From Raillietiella orientalis (Eukaryota), in the NCBI GenBank assembly GCA_036172245.1, contig JAYWIR010000064.1, forward strand, positions 372,001 to 436,000: DNA of 64,000 bases, given 5' to 3'. A model generated the notes under the pieces. It did not search any database, had not been told where the DNA came from, and worked only from the letters and a program-made list of their open reading frames with translations. Position numbers and translations under genes: made by a program. This document shows, in pieces, positions 27,701-40,400 of the stretch (positions within the stretch are counted from its first letter, which is position 1; the number at the start of each line of letters is the position of its first letter).

Positions 27701-30700
27701 TCCGTTATGTCACGGCAAACGAATTCCAAAAAGTCCTGGAGATTTTAGAAATCCGTTATGTTCCTCCGCTTCAGAATGCCTAACTTGGCAGAGTTTGAAT
27801 CACAATGTTCGAGTTCGTGTACTTCGCATGCTGCACAGATGCACGTAATTTAATGATTATGTACTTAGATGGATAGAGTATTACGCACCTCGGAAAATGA
27901 TGTGTGTCCTGTTGCATGTAAATACAGACTGGAAAAATCACAACGAATTGGAGGATTGCAAATGGAGTCTTTATATGGGAACGTGTAGTGATTTCACAAT
28001 AATTTTATTTATGGATTTTAAATTATAGCCACATTATGAGATTTAAGTCATTCGCTGATTTTGCAATAGTCATTTATGCAAACAACAGTGTTACAAAAAG
28101 TAAGCTAAAGCAATGAGGAAAGCAAACGATTCCATTTTTCATCGTTCTCAAGGATCTGTTGTCTTTATAGCGTCAGTCATACAAATACATACAACAAATA
28201 CATACTTTGTCTCGGGTTGTTCTTTGATTTGAATTATTCCAGCAGAGTCGTCTGACCTCCACTTATCGATGGACGGTTGATCTTTGTTCTGAGTGTTATG
28301 AACTCCATTAGAAAAGACCTCTTTGGCTTGTTTCAGAATAGGCACAGGAAGTTTGACACTGGATGGCAAAGTTTGGTATTTTGGATCCTTTTTGCTGAGT
28401 CCAAACTCATCCCACTCTTTGGCTTTCTGTTTCAGAAAAAAGTTGTTCTGGAAGTCATCGTGTTCTTCTTGTTCTGGCTTCAAGTGTTGGTACGGTTCGA
28501 CTGTAGCGATGTTCATGTGGATGTCGTTGGTATTTACGTTTAAACCATGGTGAGTCTTAGCGAGGCTCGTGGCTGTGATTTGGTTAGCAAGATGTTGGTT
28601 GAGGATCCGTTTGCGATGCAGTCTTTGCTGCAGCTCTGCAATTCTTTTGTCTATCCGTAGGATCTCCCCTTGCTTTTGACTCAAAATATGCTTTTGCTGT
28701 GCTATGCGAATGTTTGCTTCATCGTTCATTTTATTTCGATTCTAAAAACAAGAGGAACTCATCTTTATTTTTCGTACCCAATGTATGTTTGATAACAGAA
28801 ATGTTTATATGAAAAAGGGCAAAACGCAAGATATGGAACAACAGACACTTAACCATTAGTTCTTGACGCAGCCTTTCCAGTTCTATAAATCCAGGAGAGC
28901 CATAATTGCGATGAAGACGTCCTTGCTTTAATTCCTCTAACTGCTTCGTTAGTTCTTCAACTTTTGCTACCGCCAAGGACAGTTCTTTTTCCTTCTCGCT
29001 GAATAGTGCTCGTATGGATTCCAGATCTAATGCTAAAGAGAATATGAAATCATTGCCATTTAAATAAATAAGAATCAACTCGAAGAAGCTCCATTACAGT
29101 CTGCAAGCCACAGTCATTTTTCATCAAAAGAGATGATTCACTGCGTGCACAGTATAAGATTGTCATTTGATCGCGTCGCAAGTAATATAATAACCGTGTA
29201 AATGAGACTGTGGAACACAGTGTTCCAAGGTGTTTAATGAAAATGACCGACGGGCATCATAAACGTATTTCAGTGTAGTTTTACTAGTCATCCTATTTTG
29301 ACCCGAAAGACTAAGGAATCAACCAAAGAATTCAAAGAGATATCGAAGTCCTTTCAACTTATTTTGATCGGTGACTGCATAAGGCAATACAAACCAACTC
29401 CGGGATGATGCTGGCCAATAATAAGCTTCCTAATTATTAGAATTACTCACTTGTTAAAGGGGTTCTAATATTATTTTTTCTTTCCTGATATCAGAGCTCT
29501 GACTAAAGTTGCAAAATACACATACAAACACAATGCCTTTTCATATGGTACTTCCTTACTTTCCTACATCAGGAAAATATCAAGCAGAGGCACTCAGCTC
29601 GTTGAGGTATGCATGGACAGAATTGTGAAAAAAAGAAAAAATATAGAATGGCAAAAGAGCCTCCTCGGTGCCGAACTGCTCGGCACTTAATATGCAAAGA
29701 TAAAAAAAAAGTATCCATCTAATGAGGCCCTATCCATATCACACACACGATATGATGGATACAAAAGTCTGATGCGATCGACACCTCCATACACAGCGCA
29801 GCAGATGAAACTTGACAAATCACCTGAGGATGAGAAATGCATGCAATATGCACTGTTTACAATCTCCGAATTGGTAGCAACCGATAAAGCCATCCCATTC
29901 AAAATGTGGGAGTCTCGAGAAACTTTCAACTACACTGACTTTCAAGTTCCGCATTCGTGCTCACTGATGCTGTTGCTCATTCGTGCCGATCCTTCGAGGT
30001 GTAGCATCATCCCGCAGCGACTGGAGAACGAATAAAAGCAGCTAAAGTAGGGGTACAGGGATAAGGGGGAATGCATCAGAGTTGGGACTTGAACGGCAAC
30101 GTGCCCCTGTGTAGATCGCGCTAGGAGAGAACTCGTGGGAGAATGCCTTCGCTAAAATGATGCGAACGCGGCAGAGCTCAGTTTCCAAAATGGATGGGTA
30201 ATCAGTGAATGCAGCAACACAAAGTGTCAAAAGCAGTTTCTGAAGTGAGAAGAATGCAAGCTTATCCAGCTTGAAAACGACAAAAGTAGATGCCAATAAA
30301 AGGTTACCCAAATAACAAACTATACCACTGGAAACTAAACTAATTCTATAAGTAAATACTAAAACTACTCAGCTATATCTTGGAGGCAATAAGGGTTTCG
30401 GTAAATTTGCTGCTATCGGTGTTCTTCAATCAGAAGCGGTGAAATCATTATCTCTTGCAGAGAATGAGGAGAGTGATCGATAGCACAGATTTCTCAGCAC
30501 ATTTTTTTGAATTTTGGCATTCATTGGTGCACTCAGATTATGAATCCTTGTTTACTTGAAATAACACGGAGGATCAAAGACTATGAAGAGAGGGAAAAAA
30601 ATCCTCTTATTTACCACAAAGCTAGATCAAATGGGAACACAAGATCTGTTCATCGTCCACTATCCCTTCGGAACAATTTTAGTTTAGGAAAAGCTTTCGA

Positions 30701-33700
30701 TCCGCTGGGTGTAAATAATGAAGTGTGGATAACGAATTCAGTTCGGAGCAACATCTTTACTACGAAAACCTAAATATTTTGGATCGCTGACTCTGCTCGA
30801 TTTTGCAAAGTCGACACACAACACGCTTCAACTGGTAAACCTGACAAACTAATTCAAATATGATTAATTAAGATACCCATTAAATTCCCGCTAATCAAAC
30901 AGCACTTTCCCCCCTCCCCCCTACAAGAACGTGAACTACGTTTCCATAATGAGTTAATACGTGCCTTAGCATCATCGAATTTCAGTTGCCATCAGTAGAA
31001 TTTGTCTTTCCAGTCACAAAGTTTAGACAAACTGAAAAATCTTAGGCACGCGATTGCCGGTCTAGTAAAATAGGCTACCCTAATGAGGATATGCTGGGCA
31101 GTGGGTAACTGTAGCTATAAAGGATTGCTTCAAAGTCATCTCATCGGGATATACCTCCTAATTTTGCTTTACGGGACCAGTATCGTTTTTGCAGGAACAC
31201 ATAAACCGCTGCTGCCCGACTCTTACGGAATTGACCCCCTCTTCAGAGTACTAAAGCAAAATTTGCTGTCGTTTCCTTCCTCACGAGAAAGTCCGACACG
31301 AAACGAACAGCCGAATATACGGTAGAAATCACGAGTGGGGATGCCAATCCCCGCAAGCTATAGCTGTCGCAAAAGTCTCCGCCAACTCGATAACTTTGCT
31401 GATCAAAAATTTACAAAGCAGCGAGACCTGTAATGTCAGGAACGTAAAAATTGAGAATCCTCTGATCGTCAGAGTTCGCCATAACTGAGAATCCGTGGCA
31501 TTTCGAATTCGTCTTCAGCTGCATCTTTACGTTTCAATGTCTGCAAACTAGTCTTCCACAGTCTCTCCGAATCTTTAATGCTTCCCCAAGATCTTTTAAG
31601 AAGATGACTCTATCATCCACTGTCCAACCCAGGACGCTGTACGGAATTTCTAAACTTGCTAACATGATTCGCAAAGCATGGCATCTTAGATGATCGAGGA
31701 ATCTTTAAAAATTGCTTGGAAAACTTCTTTGCATTTCATGGTATGACAGTTTCATGCTCTTTCTTCAACGTTGCTGCTGTTGTTCTGTTACTGATTTCCT
31801 TGTAGGAGCAGAGGGACCGAAGATCATGGCGATGAACATACGTATGAGCAGGAAATATAACAGGAATTTAAAGATTATGCAAAAACGTTGCAGATCTTAG
31901 CCAACACGCTGCTGATAAGGAAGCAAAACGAACAGCGAGATCTCTGCTGAAGTGGGTGGTCAACGTAGGAAAAAGAGACACTTCACTCAGCGATCGGTAT
32001 CGTCCTCTAAAAGCAATGGGTGCATTCTCTCCCACCTCCCGGGCTCCACTTCGATTTGCCTCTGCCGCTCCAATCTGCATCTCCCGTCCTCAATGGTTCA
32101 ACCTTTCATGGTCTCAAAGGCCACAGAGCAGGCATTCCCAGAAGCCACAGAAAGTGGTCCCATTCGAGATGAGAGAGACTCTTCAGGACAAAAGATGAAT
32201 TATCACTCCTTTGTCCTGAATGACCATGCTTAGAGAAGAAGGAAAAGGAGGCATCTCTTCTGGAAGGGAAAAGGACCTCAGATCTGAGAGTTTTTCTATC
32301 CAGCAAGCGGGATACGTCTAGCTCAGAAAAAAAGATACCGATATCGATCTTTCCATCTCCTCTTCCCAAACGTTGATTCGTTATAGCTTGTTAGAAAATC
32401 ATCTCCGTTAACTTCGAGGTTTTTCACACCCAGAAAATCCTTTTTCTTTCTTCTCTACCTCCCTCCATTCTGAGCACTTAGAAAGGGGAGGTTTCCAAGA
32501 ACAGAAGGAGAGGAAATCTGTTTCCATTCTAAATACCGCCGCTGCTGCGGAGCAGGTGCCACAGCATCCATTCTGCGGCCACCATTCTTCAAGACGAGTT
32601 ATCCCTGATCTTCCAGATGATAGTTCATGAAATAACCAGCAAGAGGTGCACTCCTTCCGAGGGAGGGAGAAGAGGGAGGTGAGAGGGAACCGATTTTTCG
32701 CATGTGCTCTCTCCACGTACTTTCCGCTTCTTCTTGATCAATGGTTTCCAGTTCAATTCTCGATTCCTATACGGAATCGGAGAGTTCAGCTTCCTCTCGC
32801 CTCCGGAAACATCGTAGATCATCCGTGGGTGAACCCCCTCAGAATTTTCTGAGGCTATGCTGCTGCAGAAGCAAGCAAATGAGACACGCCGTATGATTAG
32901 AAGGTAATGGTACACCACTGGTCTATTTAATCCTTTAGAGTATCATTATGCGGAGCGATGAATACTGGCATGAAACACACCATGCGTCACTCAGTCCTGA
33001 TTGCGAACAAAAAGTTCCCTCCAAAACCTACAGAAACTCTCCAGGAGTTTCCCATGTAATCAACTTTTCTACTCGTTTCAGCTAAGATCAAATGTGGAAT
33101 GAAAAAAATTGGTATAAAATATGTACAGACTATGGTACGAACTTCACAATCTCCTCACATGCATAATACGCTTGTCAGAATGCAATATCCACACATGACG
33201 TAAATAATTCTTAAATGTTCCCTAGAGAGCAAAGACCGCGAAATCAACTGCCTCCAAGGACAACCAATATTCGCAACATTGGTTCCCATTACCAGCAGTA
33301 AAACATGCAAAAATCAGTGCATTTCTTAATATCTGCCAATTATCCAAGTCCTCACAAATATGAGAAAGCACAATATTCCTTATTTTTTTTAAGAAATAGG
33401 CCAGAATTATTTAATTTTTGAATAGGAATCATAAATACAAAAGTTGTCAGTGGATCGAGTTGAATTTCCCAAACTCTTATTTTTTTTTTAACGTGCACGT
33501 TGCAAACGATATAGGAATGAGAAATGGTTTTATCCTACTCCATTACTATTGACACTACGATTTATAAGTACTTACTGAGAGATATGTTATTCACTTGGTT
33601 ATGTCCTATCTGTCCTCTTAACGCCTTCAGCTTGCAGATTTTGAGTTCGTGTTGTTCTACTTTTTCTCGAAGTATGCGAAAACGCTCTTGTTCTACAACC

Positions 33701-33840
33701 GTGTCCTGTTCTTTTTGCCGAAGATATTTCAATCTCTGCTCTTTGGCAACAAGAAGTTGCTGCTGTGACTCTATCTTTTGCTGCTGTTTATCAGCCATTT
33801 CCTTCAGTTTCCAAACATCCAATCCTTTTAAATATGGAAT
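21827..33840 (-). CDS. ASPP: ASPP (apoptosis-stimulating protein of p53; PPP1R13B/TP53BP2 family), ankyrin repeats + SH3; 5' end unresolved
   Basis: Exons 33576-33840 ([29 protein letters not shown]), 28854-29032 ([23 protein letters not shown]), 28206-28741, probable 26141-26246, 23415-23519, 23095-23303, 22380-23030 ([20 protein letters not shown], with PP1 RVxF motif; [16 protein letters not shown]), 22174-22340 ([11 protein letters not shown]), 21918-22117 (SH3: VYALYDY...EWWWA...GYVPRNLLG), 21827-21874 (LYPRLKP...TAG). All joins are GT-AG and in phase. Confidence 0.93.
24695..24774. repeat. Compound microsatellite (TG)21(AG)19 in an ASPP intron
   Basis: Directly visible in the sequence. 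Confidence 0.97.
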
Positions 33841-36285
33841 CTAAAGGGAAAGAAACACGACATGTAAGAATTTATGCAACACAATTTCTTAAAGTTTCAA
33901 GTATTTCTGCAATTTGAATATCAATCTATTGTTTCTCACATAATCTAAAGTGGATGCTACAACTTGAAGAGAAGAATACTGATTACGCCCTCAATATTTG
34001 TACAGCGCTATAGACTGTGTAAGAAACAAATCCCCAAATCCACCGTAAAGAAGGAATCCCTAATGTGTACAGCAGGCGAAAGTTTCGATGTTCAGAAAAT
34101 ACTGGACAGCGTACTGGCACTTCAGCATGCTGGACACAACCGTAGAAGGACGTAGCAGAAAAAATTTCGGGAACAGTTGCCTCGAAGAAGAAAGCTCCTA
34201 CCAATGCACTACCAGTCTGAAGTCATTGAGCATTCTTTGTTACTGATCGAGAAGTCTGCCATCATCCATGATCACTCAAACTCGAACTTAATGATCAGGT
34301 TAGCTCAATGCTATTGTGGCACAAACTCATGTCCATCTAACCCACTTTGTAAAACGAAATTTGGTGATCGATTCATCTTCCATTTTGTGAAACAACCGCT
34401 ATTAGACTATTGAGATTTTCTCTCTCCGTACATCCATGAATGGACTTTTTTTTATTTTTTCTGTTAAATCCTTTGAAGAAAGGAATTCATACAAAAATTC
34501 AGTGCGCTTCTCCACAAATGATTCGAAATAAGCTACCAGTTTCTAATGGTCTGTGAGAATACGACCCACCTCCTAATAAAACGCAAAGTAAGAAAACAGC
34601 CAAGTCTTCAAGTTTTCCGTTATCTCAAGCATAACTGAGATTTACAGCGGCTTCTTAATTCCAAAGCTAAAAAGTATGCTCGCTGGAAACGATAAGCATT
34701 ACTCGAAATGTATGGTTATTTCGCAAAATGGAAATAATTTCCACACAACCTAATTCATAATTGTAAGTGCAAACCTCAGCCAATGACGTTTGCGTTATTT
34801 AACTTGACAAGGATAACATGAATATCTATTCATTGTGTTAAGAGATCCATCAACTGAAGAGTCCTCATTATTTGCCCAAGTTGTATGCGGCATCGAATAG
34901 ATCTAGACGCTTCGGAAATCACCTTACGATTTGGTGTTGGGTCACCAGTGACTCTTGCCGAGTTACCAATCCGAAATTACATGACTACCAGGTCGATGCC
35001 TAATTCAAAGAGAGACGTTTTTGGATCGCAACACGATGAGTCCCGTGCGGGGCAAAGGACTTTTTGCCGACAAAACACACCCGAAATTCGCCATTTTTTT
35101 TCCCCCCCCTTTCGATCCGCCCTGCATTTTGCAGCTGAACCTGAACTTCTGAAGAATCATTGGGGGTGTCCCGGATTTAAAAATCATGTGGAGGAGAAAG
35201 AGGAAAGCCGGCGATTAGAACGGAGAGTCGATGGACCCGGGAGTGGTCCACCGCTCAAAGGAGAGAAGGGAGGCGTAGAAGAAGAACCAACTGATGAATT
35301 CGTGAGGCTTCCCTCTTCCGAAGAGGAAAGCCCCAAAGCCAGAGAGAGCCCCCAAAGTTCCGCGCTTCCAAAGCCCAGCCAACCACGAAAAAAAATATTG
35401 GGATAAGACATGTACGTATGAATCCATCACATCGGAAGCCACCTGTTGGTGTGAACCAATGGGATAAGAGAACAGAGATGAAGGCATTTCCAAGCATCAC
35501 AAGGTGTTAAATTATACAAGTAAGCTCTTTCGAAGTTCATGAGTTGTCTCACACATTCGAATAAGTTCGTTATTCTATCAATTTGGCATATCTAATAAGA
35601 AACGTTCCGTGTAAAAAATCCTTGAATCAAGCCTTTTCGAAGCATCGTCCACAACTGCCTTTCTATTTGCCATTTGGAAATAGCACAACGGGAAGGATAT
35701 GCCACTTTCGAGGAACTGAAAAATTTCGCTTTCAGTTCCTCTTATCGAGAGATCCCCCCCCCCCTCAAAGATTTACGGAAACAAAAAAACGCAAAGGATC
35801 ACTTTCTATTATAAACAAAAAATGGGGAAATTTGAAATTTATTTTTTAAAAAATGAGGAATAGAGTGGGAGGATCTCGAAACCTGCCCAGTATATTACCT
35901 TGCCGCTGGATACTGTTTCCCTCATTCCACATTCCTGAAATGAAAACAAAACAAAATCGAACTTTGCTTCAAAATTTGATTCTCAATATGCAAATGAGTG
36001 CAAATACTGTTCGATGGGGGGGGGGGTTTCGGTGTTTATATGGAAGCTTATCATATCAAACTCACGTCTCCAATTATCTCAAGAATTACTAGTGATCGGT
36101 CCCAGGAACTCCTGGAACACTAACAGAGAATTACTGCAATCTTCAACCAACACAATTTGACAAGGGAAAAAAAAAACTTCGACATAAATCCATAAATACC
36201 ATCAAGCAATATTTAATAAAATTATCATTGAATCGAGGCAGATTTTTTATTTACAATAGTTTCATATTTCACTTTCACCTGGATT

Positions 36286-36319
<34 letters not shown>

Positions 36320-36579
36320 CATTCAAATAAAGGGGAGATTACTTATGCGAATTTTTTTTTACAAAAAAAAGCATCATCATTTTCTTACTAATGCACAACT
36401 AATTAAGAATCTCTTTTCCGAATCTACTACTCGAGGTTCGATTTTCAGAAGGTATATTTTTTTTTTTCTTTGAGCTAAATTATTAAATGTGTATTATGTA
36501 AAAGGCATTCCTGCAAATGTAATTGATAGCATCACCTCCAGCAGACGCAAATGAAATACCTCGTAATCTCGAAGGAAGC

Positions 36580-37380
36580 GCATTAGCATGCATCGCAGGT
36601 TTGTACGTGCGTCGTCGGTACGGAGGACACCACGTTGGCGGATAAGGACGCGCGAAGAGCCCACGTCCACCCCGTCTTAAACTCGAAACGGTGGAAGATG
36701 GAAGGAAATCGCCTCAGATCGTGAGATGCGAGATTCGGGTCCCGGGAATCTGGGTCCCGTTCTCCCAGCCGGTTGTGCAACGGCCGTCTCCCTCTCGCGT
36801 CTTACCTGTGCGTCAGCGCGCAGACTCCTCCACCGCGGCGGGGTGTACGTTGCTATGACGTCGGCTTACTTCCCCATGGCTGCTGCGCCCTCGGCTGGCA
36901 ACCGACTTGGTGGTTTCCCGGGAGAGGGCGCGAAAAACTCTGGGTGTCCGAGGCGGCAGGTTCTCATAATGGGGGGTGGGGTGGGCGGGGGTGGACCGAA
37001 ACGGCGGCGGACACGCAGCACACTTCACTGCAAGCAAGCGCTATTCCGCGAGTCTGACGGCGGCGGTGGCACATTTCGAACGCGCTTCCGGCGCGCGAGC
37101 TCGCGTGTCACTGTGCCCGCACCTGTTCTCCATTTTACCTGTCCGAGTCTGCACGCCTGCACGCGCCCGTTCAACAAAGTCGAGTGCCACTCTCACGACT
37201 CGATGATTGGTCGATCTGCGTCCTGTGGAATGTGTAATCGGAGCTACGCGAACGCATTCACGATAGAGGAGAGAAAAGCCGTGTATGCATTGCATAGGCC
37301 GTGGAGAAAATTGCTCTTTAAAATGCATGTTGAAATGCATGTACGTCAACGTACGTGTACGACGCTCGCGTACATCACAC
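36580..37380 (-). promoter_or_regulatory. GC/CpG-rich island; probable ASPP promoter and first exon
   Basis: Sharp CpG-rich block 3 kb upstream of the first recognisable ASPP exon. Strong - strand donors CAG|GTAAGA (intron starts 36805) and AA|GTAAGC (36869). Kozak-context GCAGCCATGG at 36877. Confidence 0.5.
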
Positions 37381-37454
37381 ACATAACAGTTTCCTGAAAG
37401 CTCTACACAAGAAGAGCCTCTTATCCCATTTTTTTTTTCTTTTCTTTCTTTTTT

Positions 37455-37492
<38 letters not shown>

Positions 37493-40400
37493 TACGAACA
37501 TTCGAGAAGTTTCTTCTCGGATTCCTCACTGGTAATTCCGATGCTGCTGAGGTAATAGGGCTCTGCAGCAACATCGGAAGTAGGTTTCGAACATTCAAGA
37601 AGCTGCAGCAAGCAGCCTGCGCGGGATAACTGTAAAGTGCTGATGGTTTCGGAGGTGGCGAAATCTCTTGAAACAAAGATCAAGCGGCAGATTTTTTTTT
37701 TTTTTGTTGCTGTTGTTGTTGCTGTCGAATCTCTCGGTTCAAGAAAACAGCAATTTGGATGAAGCATTTCTTGAAGATCGACTTTGGCATCGATTGCCCT
37801 TCTGCTCTGCCGTGAGGAGGCACAGTGCGTGGGCGTGGATGCTTTTTTGCTCAAGAAAAACGCGATCCACACGTCCTCAGAGCTCATGAAATGCATCGGA
37901 TCGAATTCAGTGATAGAAATGAAAACTTAGGTTTCGGTTCACCATGATTCAGTCGGCAGTAGGGATGTTTTCCCATCCGAATCAATAAATCATTTGTAAA
38001 TCGAACGTCGTGCAATGACTTTTTTTATATCTACGACAAGATTTCAGTAACGGTTAGAAAATCGTAACATAAAGGCATTGAAATTAGCTTGGATTTACCA
38101 TAATCTTTGAACCGAGTCCTTCAGTATGGCTGCCATTACTTTTCCGAAACTCGGACTTCCCGGATATATTAACATGGGAAGACATGTGAAACTCGAAAGA
38201 AAAAAAAAAAACTTACACGTGTTTCGTCACGACTACTTATGTAAGTGAGATCATTTCAAGCTCACGCTTCTTTTTTCTTTTTTTTTACTTGTTCGTATTC
38301 TCGCATGTTCAAACTTATGGCTTACTATATCTCGAATCTGCTTCCAGACCTGTTCAACTGGGATGATTTTCTTTATTTTCCTATTCAATCCTCTGATTCC
38401 CCAGATTATTTACTTCCTCTGTTCCTTTACTCATTTGGTTTAACAAATCTTTAAGAATCTGCAATGAGCAGCATTCCATGATTTTGTCGCCATGATACCA
38501 CCAACGGTCTTCTTTTCACCGATATGGTGCTAATGGAAGATTTTGAACACTATTTTCTTTATTTTGGAATCAAGTAGTTGATTTCGTAGAATCAGAGATT
38601 CGATAGAGGCTTATTGCCATCACAATCGTCAACTCTCAATTTCAAATAGAAGTAGAAGCAGCAGTGCAGCAAAAGATGATGATCGTATTATATTAGCTAC
38701 TTATATGTCAGAGTACAAAAGAGGATTGGTTCCTCCAGCAGACGAAGCATGATTAAAATCAATCCTATTTAATATGGCAATCTTCACAGATAAATACTGT
38801 TAGTGAAAATTAATGTATCCACCGCTAATGGGTTTGAGGTCTGGTCTTAGTGTCTATACACACAATGGAATGACGACAAGTACGTCGGAGAGTCCCTTAG
38901 AATTTGCATGTAAGCTCGCAAATACAGGAACTATTCACAGAGTTCTACTGAATTCCTTGGCACTGCCGTTTTCGCTTCTGCTGGAGTCGTATTCTTATTG
39001 GTCAGTTTAAATTTCACATTACATAACGACTGGAAAACTTTTCAAACCGAAAACATTTCCAGACTGCTGAAAGCAAAGTCCGGAGGGAAAGCATCTTTCA
39101 TCTCATAATGCTGAACTAACCAAAAGGAATTGCCACAAAACGATTTTTAGCAAGATGTCAAGAACAGGGAGGCAGTCTGTGTCACCTGTGCCTACTCAAG
39201 TGGGGGTTGTCTGCCCCTTTTGTCCCGTGTACCACCAACTTGGTGCCCCAAATTCCACCTTTGTGTAAGCTGCAAGGTGAATCGAATTTCGTTTCACTTG
39301 CCAGTGTTTTGTCACCTTGTCCATTCCATTTGTTTGGCCATCTTCGTGGTTTTCTGGTTTAATGGACCATTTTTGCGGAAAGTAAAAACAAAGGTTTTTG
39401 CTTTATTTTTAAAAGGTTTTGCTTTACTTAATTTTGGAATGGCATGAAGTTGCCAAACGGTAGCGGTAACAGTAGTAATAATAGAGAATAGAAATAATAT
39501 CAGCGCCGACACTGTTTTCAGTGAAAAGTTAGAATAAACGTTGACGAGATCTTTCAGAGCTCTCACCATGGCATTTAAGGAAGTGCTTGTTTGATTGGCA
39601 TCGATATTTTTCCTCTTATTTAACAAAAGATTGGACTTGGCTGATTTCCTGGCCGTTCGATTCTTCGCCACGTTTTCAACAAACGGTCCAATTTTCAGAG
39701 TCAGGAGTTTGTAACTAATGGATTTTCCATAACGTTGCCAAATTATTAATCTGAATTATTAATCTACCCTGCAAACCTTGAAATCATTCAGGAAGACAAT
39801 TGAACAACATAGCAATGTTCGGCAGTAAGTGAAGATGTTAATCCGCATGAATGCAGATACATCATCTTGTTTGCCTATGGTCTTCGGCCATCCGACCATA
39901 TCTGTGAAGACTGTTTCGTCTTCATTCGGCAATCACCATATGCTGCATCGTTTTGATCCGAGACCTGCAAACTCCACACTTTCGGATTCTGGAGAGCTTC
40001 GACAAGCATCTTCAGGGTTGGGAAGCTGCTGCGTTTCTTGCAGTGTGGAAGGCGTGTACAAATTTTCTTCCCCTTCGAAGTTTGCTTCGAAGTTTTCTGT
40101 TTTCAGTTTCTGTTTCGTTCTGAGCTTTCACGTCTTCCACGGGAAGTGCAGATGGTTGTCACCTCACATACTCACAAGAAGAGCTTGAGATTGATGAACA
40201 CAGGTGCGCAAAAGACTGAGCTTTGCTTGAAATGGAAGCTCAAATTGCTTTGCAGCCCTCCTGAGATTCCAACGGTTACCAAAGTGAGGTCTTCTACCAT
40301 CGCATTCTCTCCGGGACTTCAGAAGCGAGATACCGCAGCCAAAGTAAGCTACTTTGGGGCAAAGTACGCACCGAGAACATGATCGAAAGTCCGATTCCCG

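Noticed and set aside
34885..35406. 173-aa + strand ORF
   Set aside because: Antisense to ASPP, low complexity, no recognisable domain; probably a by-product of GC/purine-rich sequence.
36726..37397. 223-aa + strand ORF
   Set aside because: Arises from stop-codon scarcity in the CpG island; the Arg/Gly/Ala-rich translation has no family motif.
38246..38263. bantam-like seed TGAGATCATT
   Set aside because: Diverges after the first 10 nt and has no complementary precursor arm.
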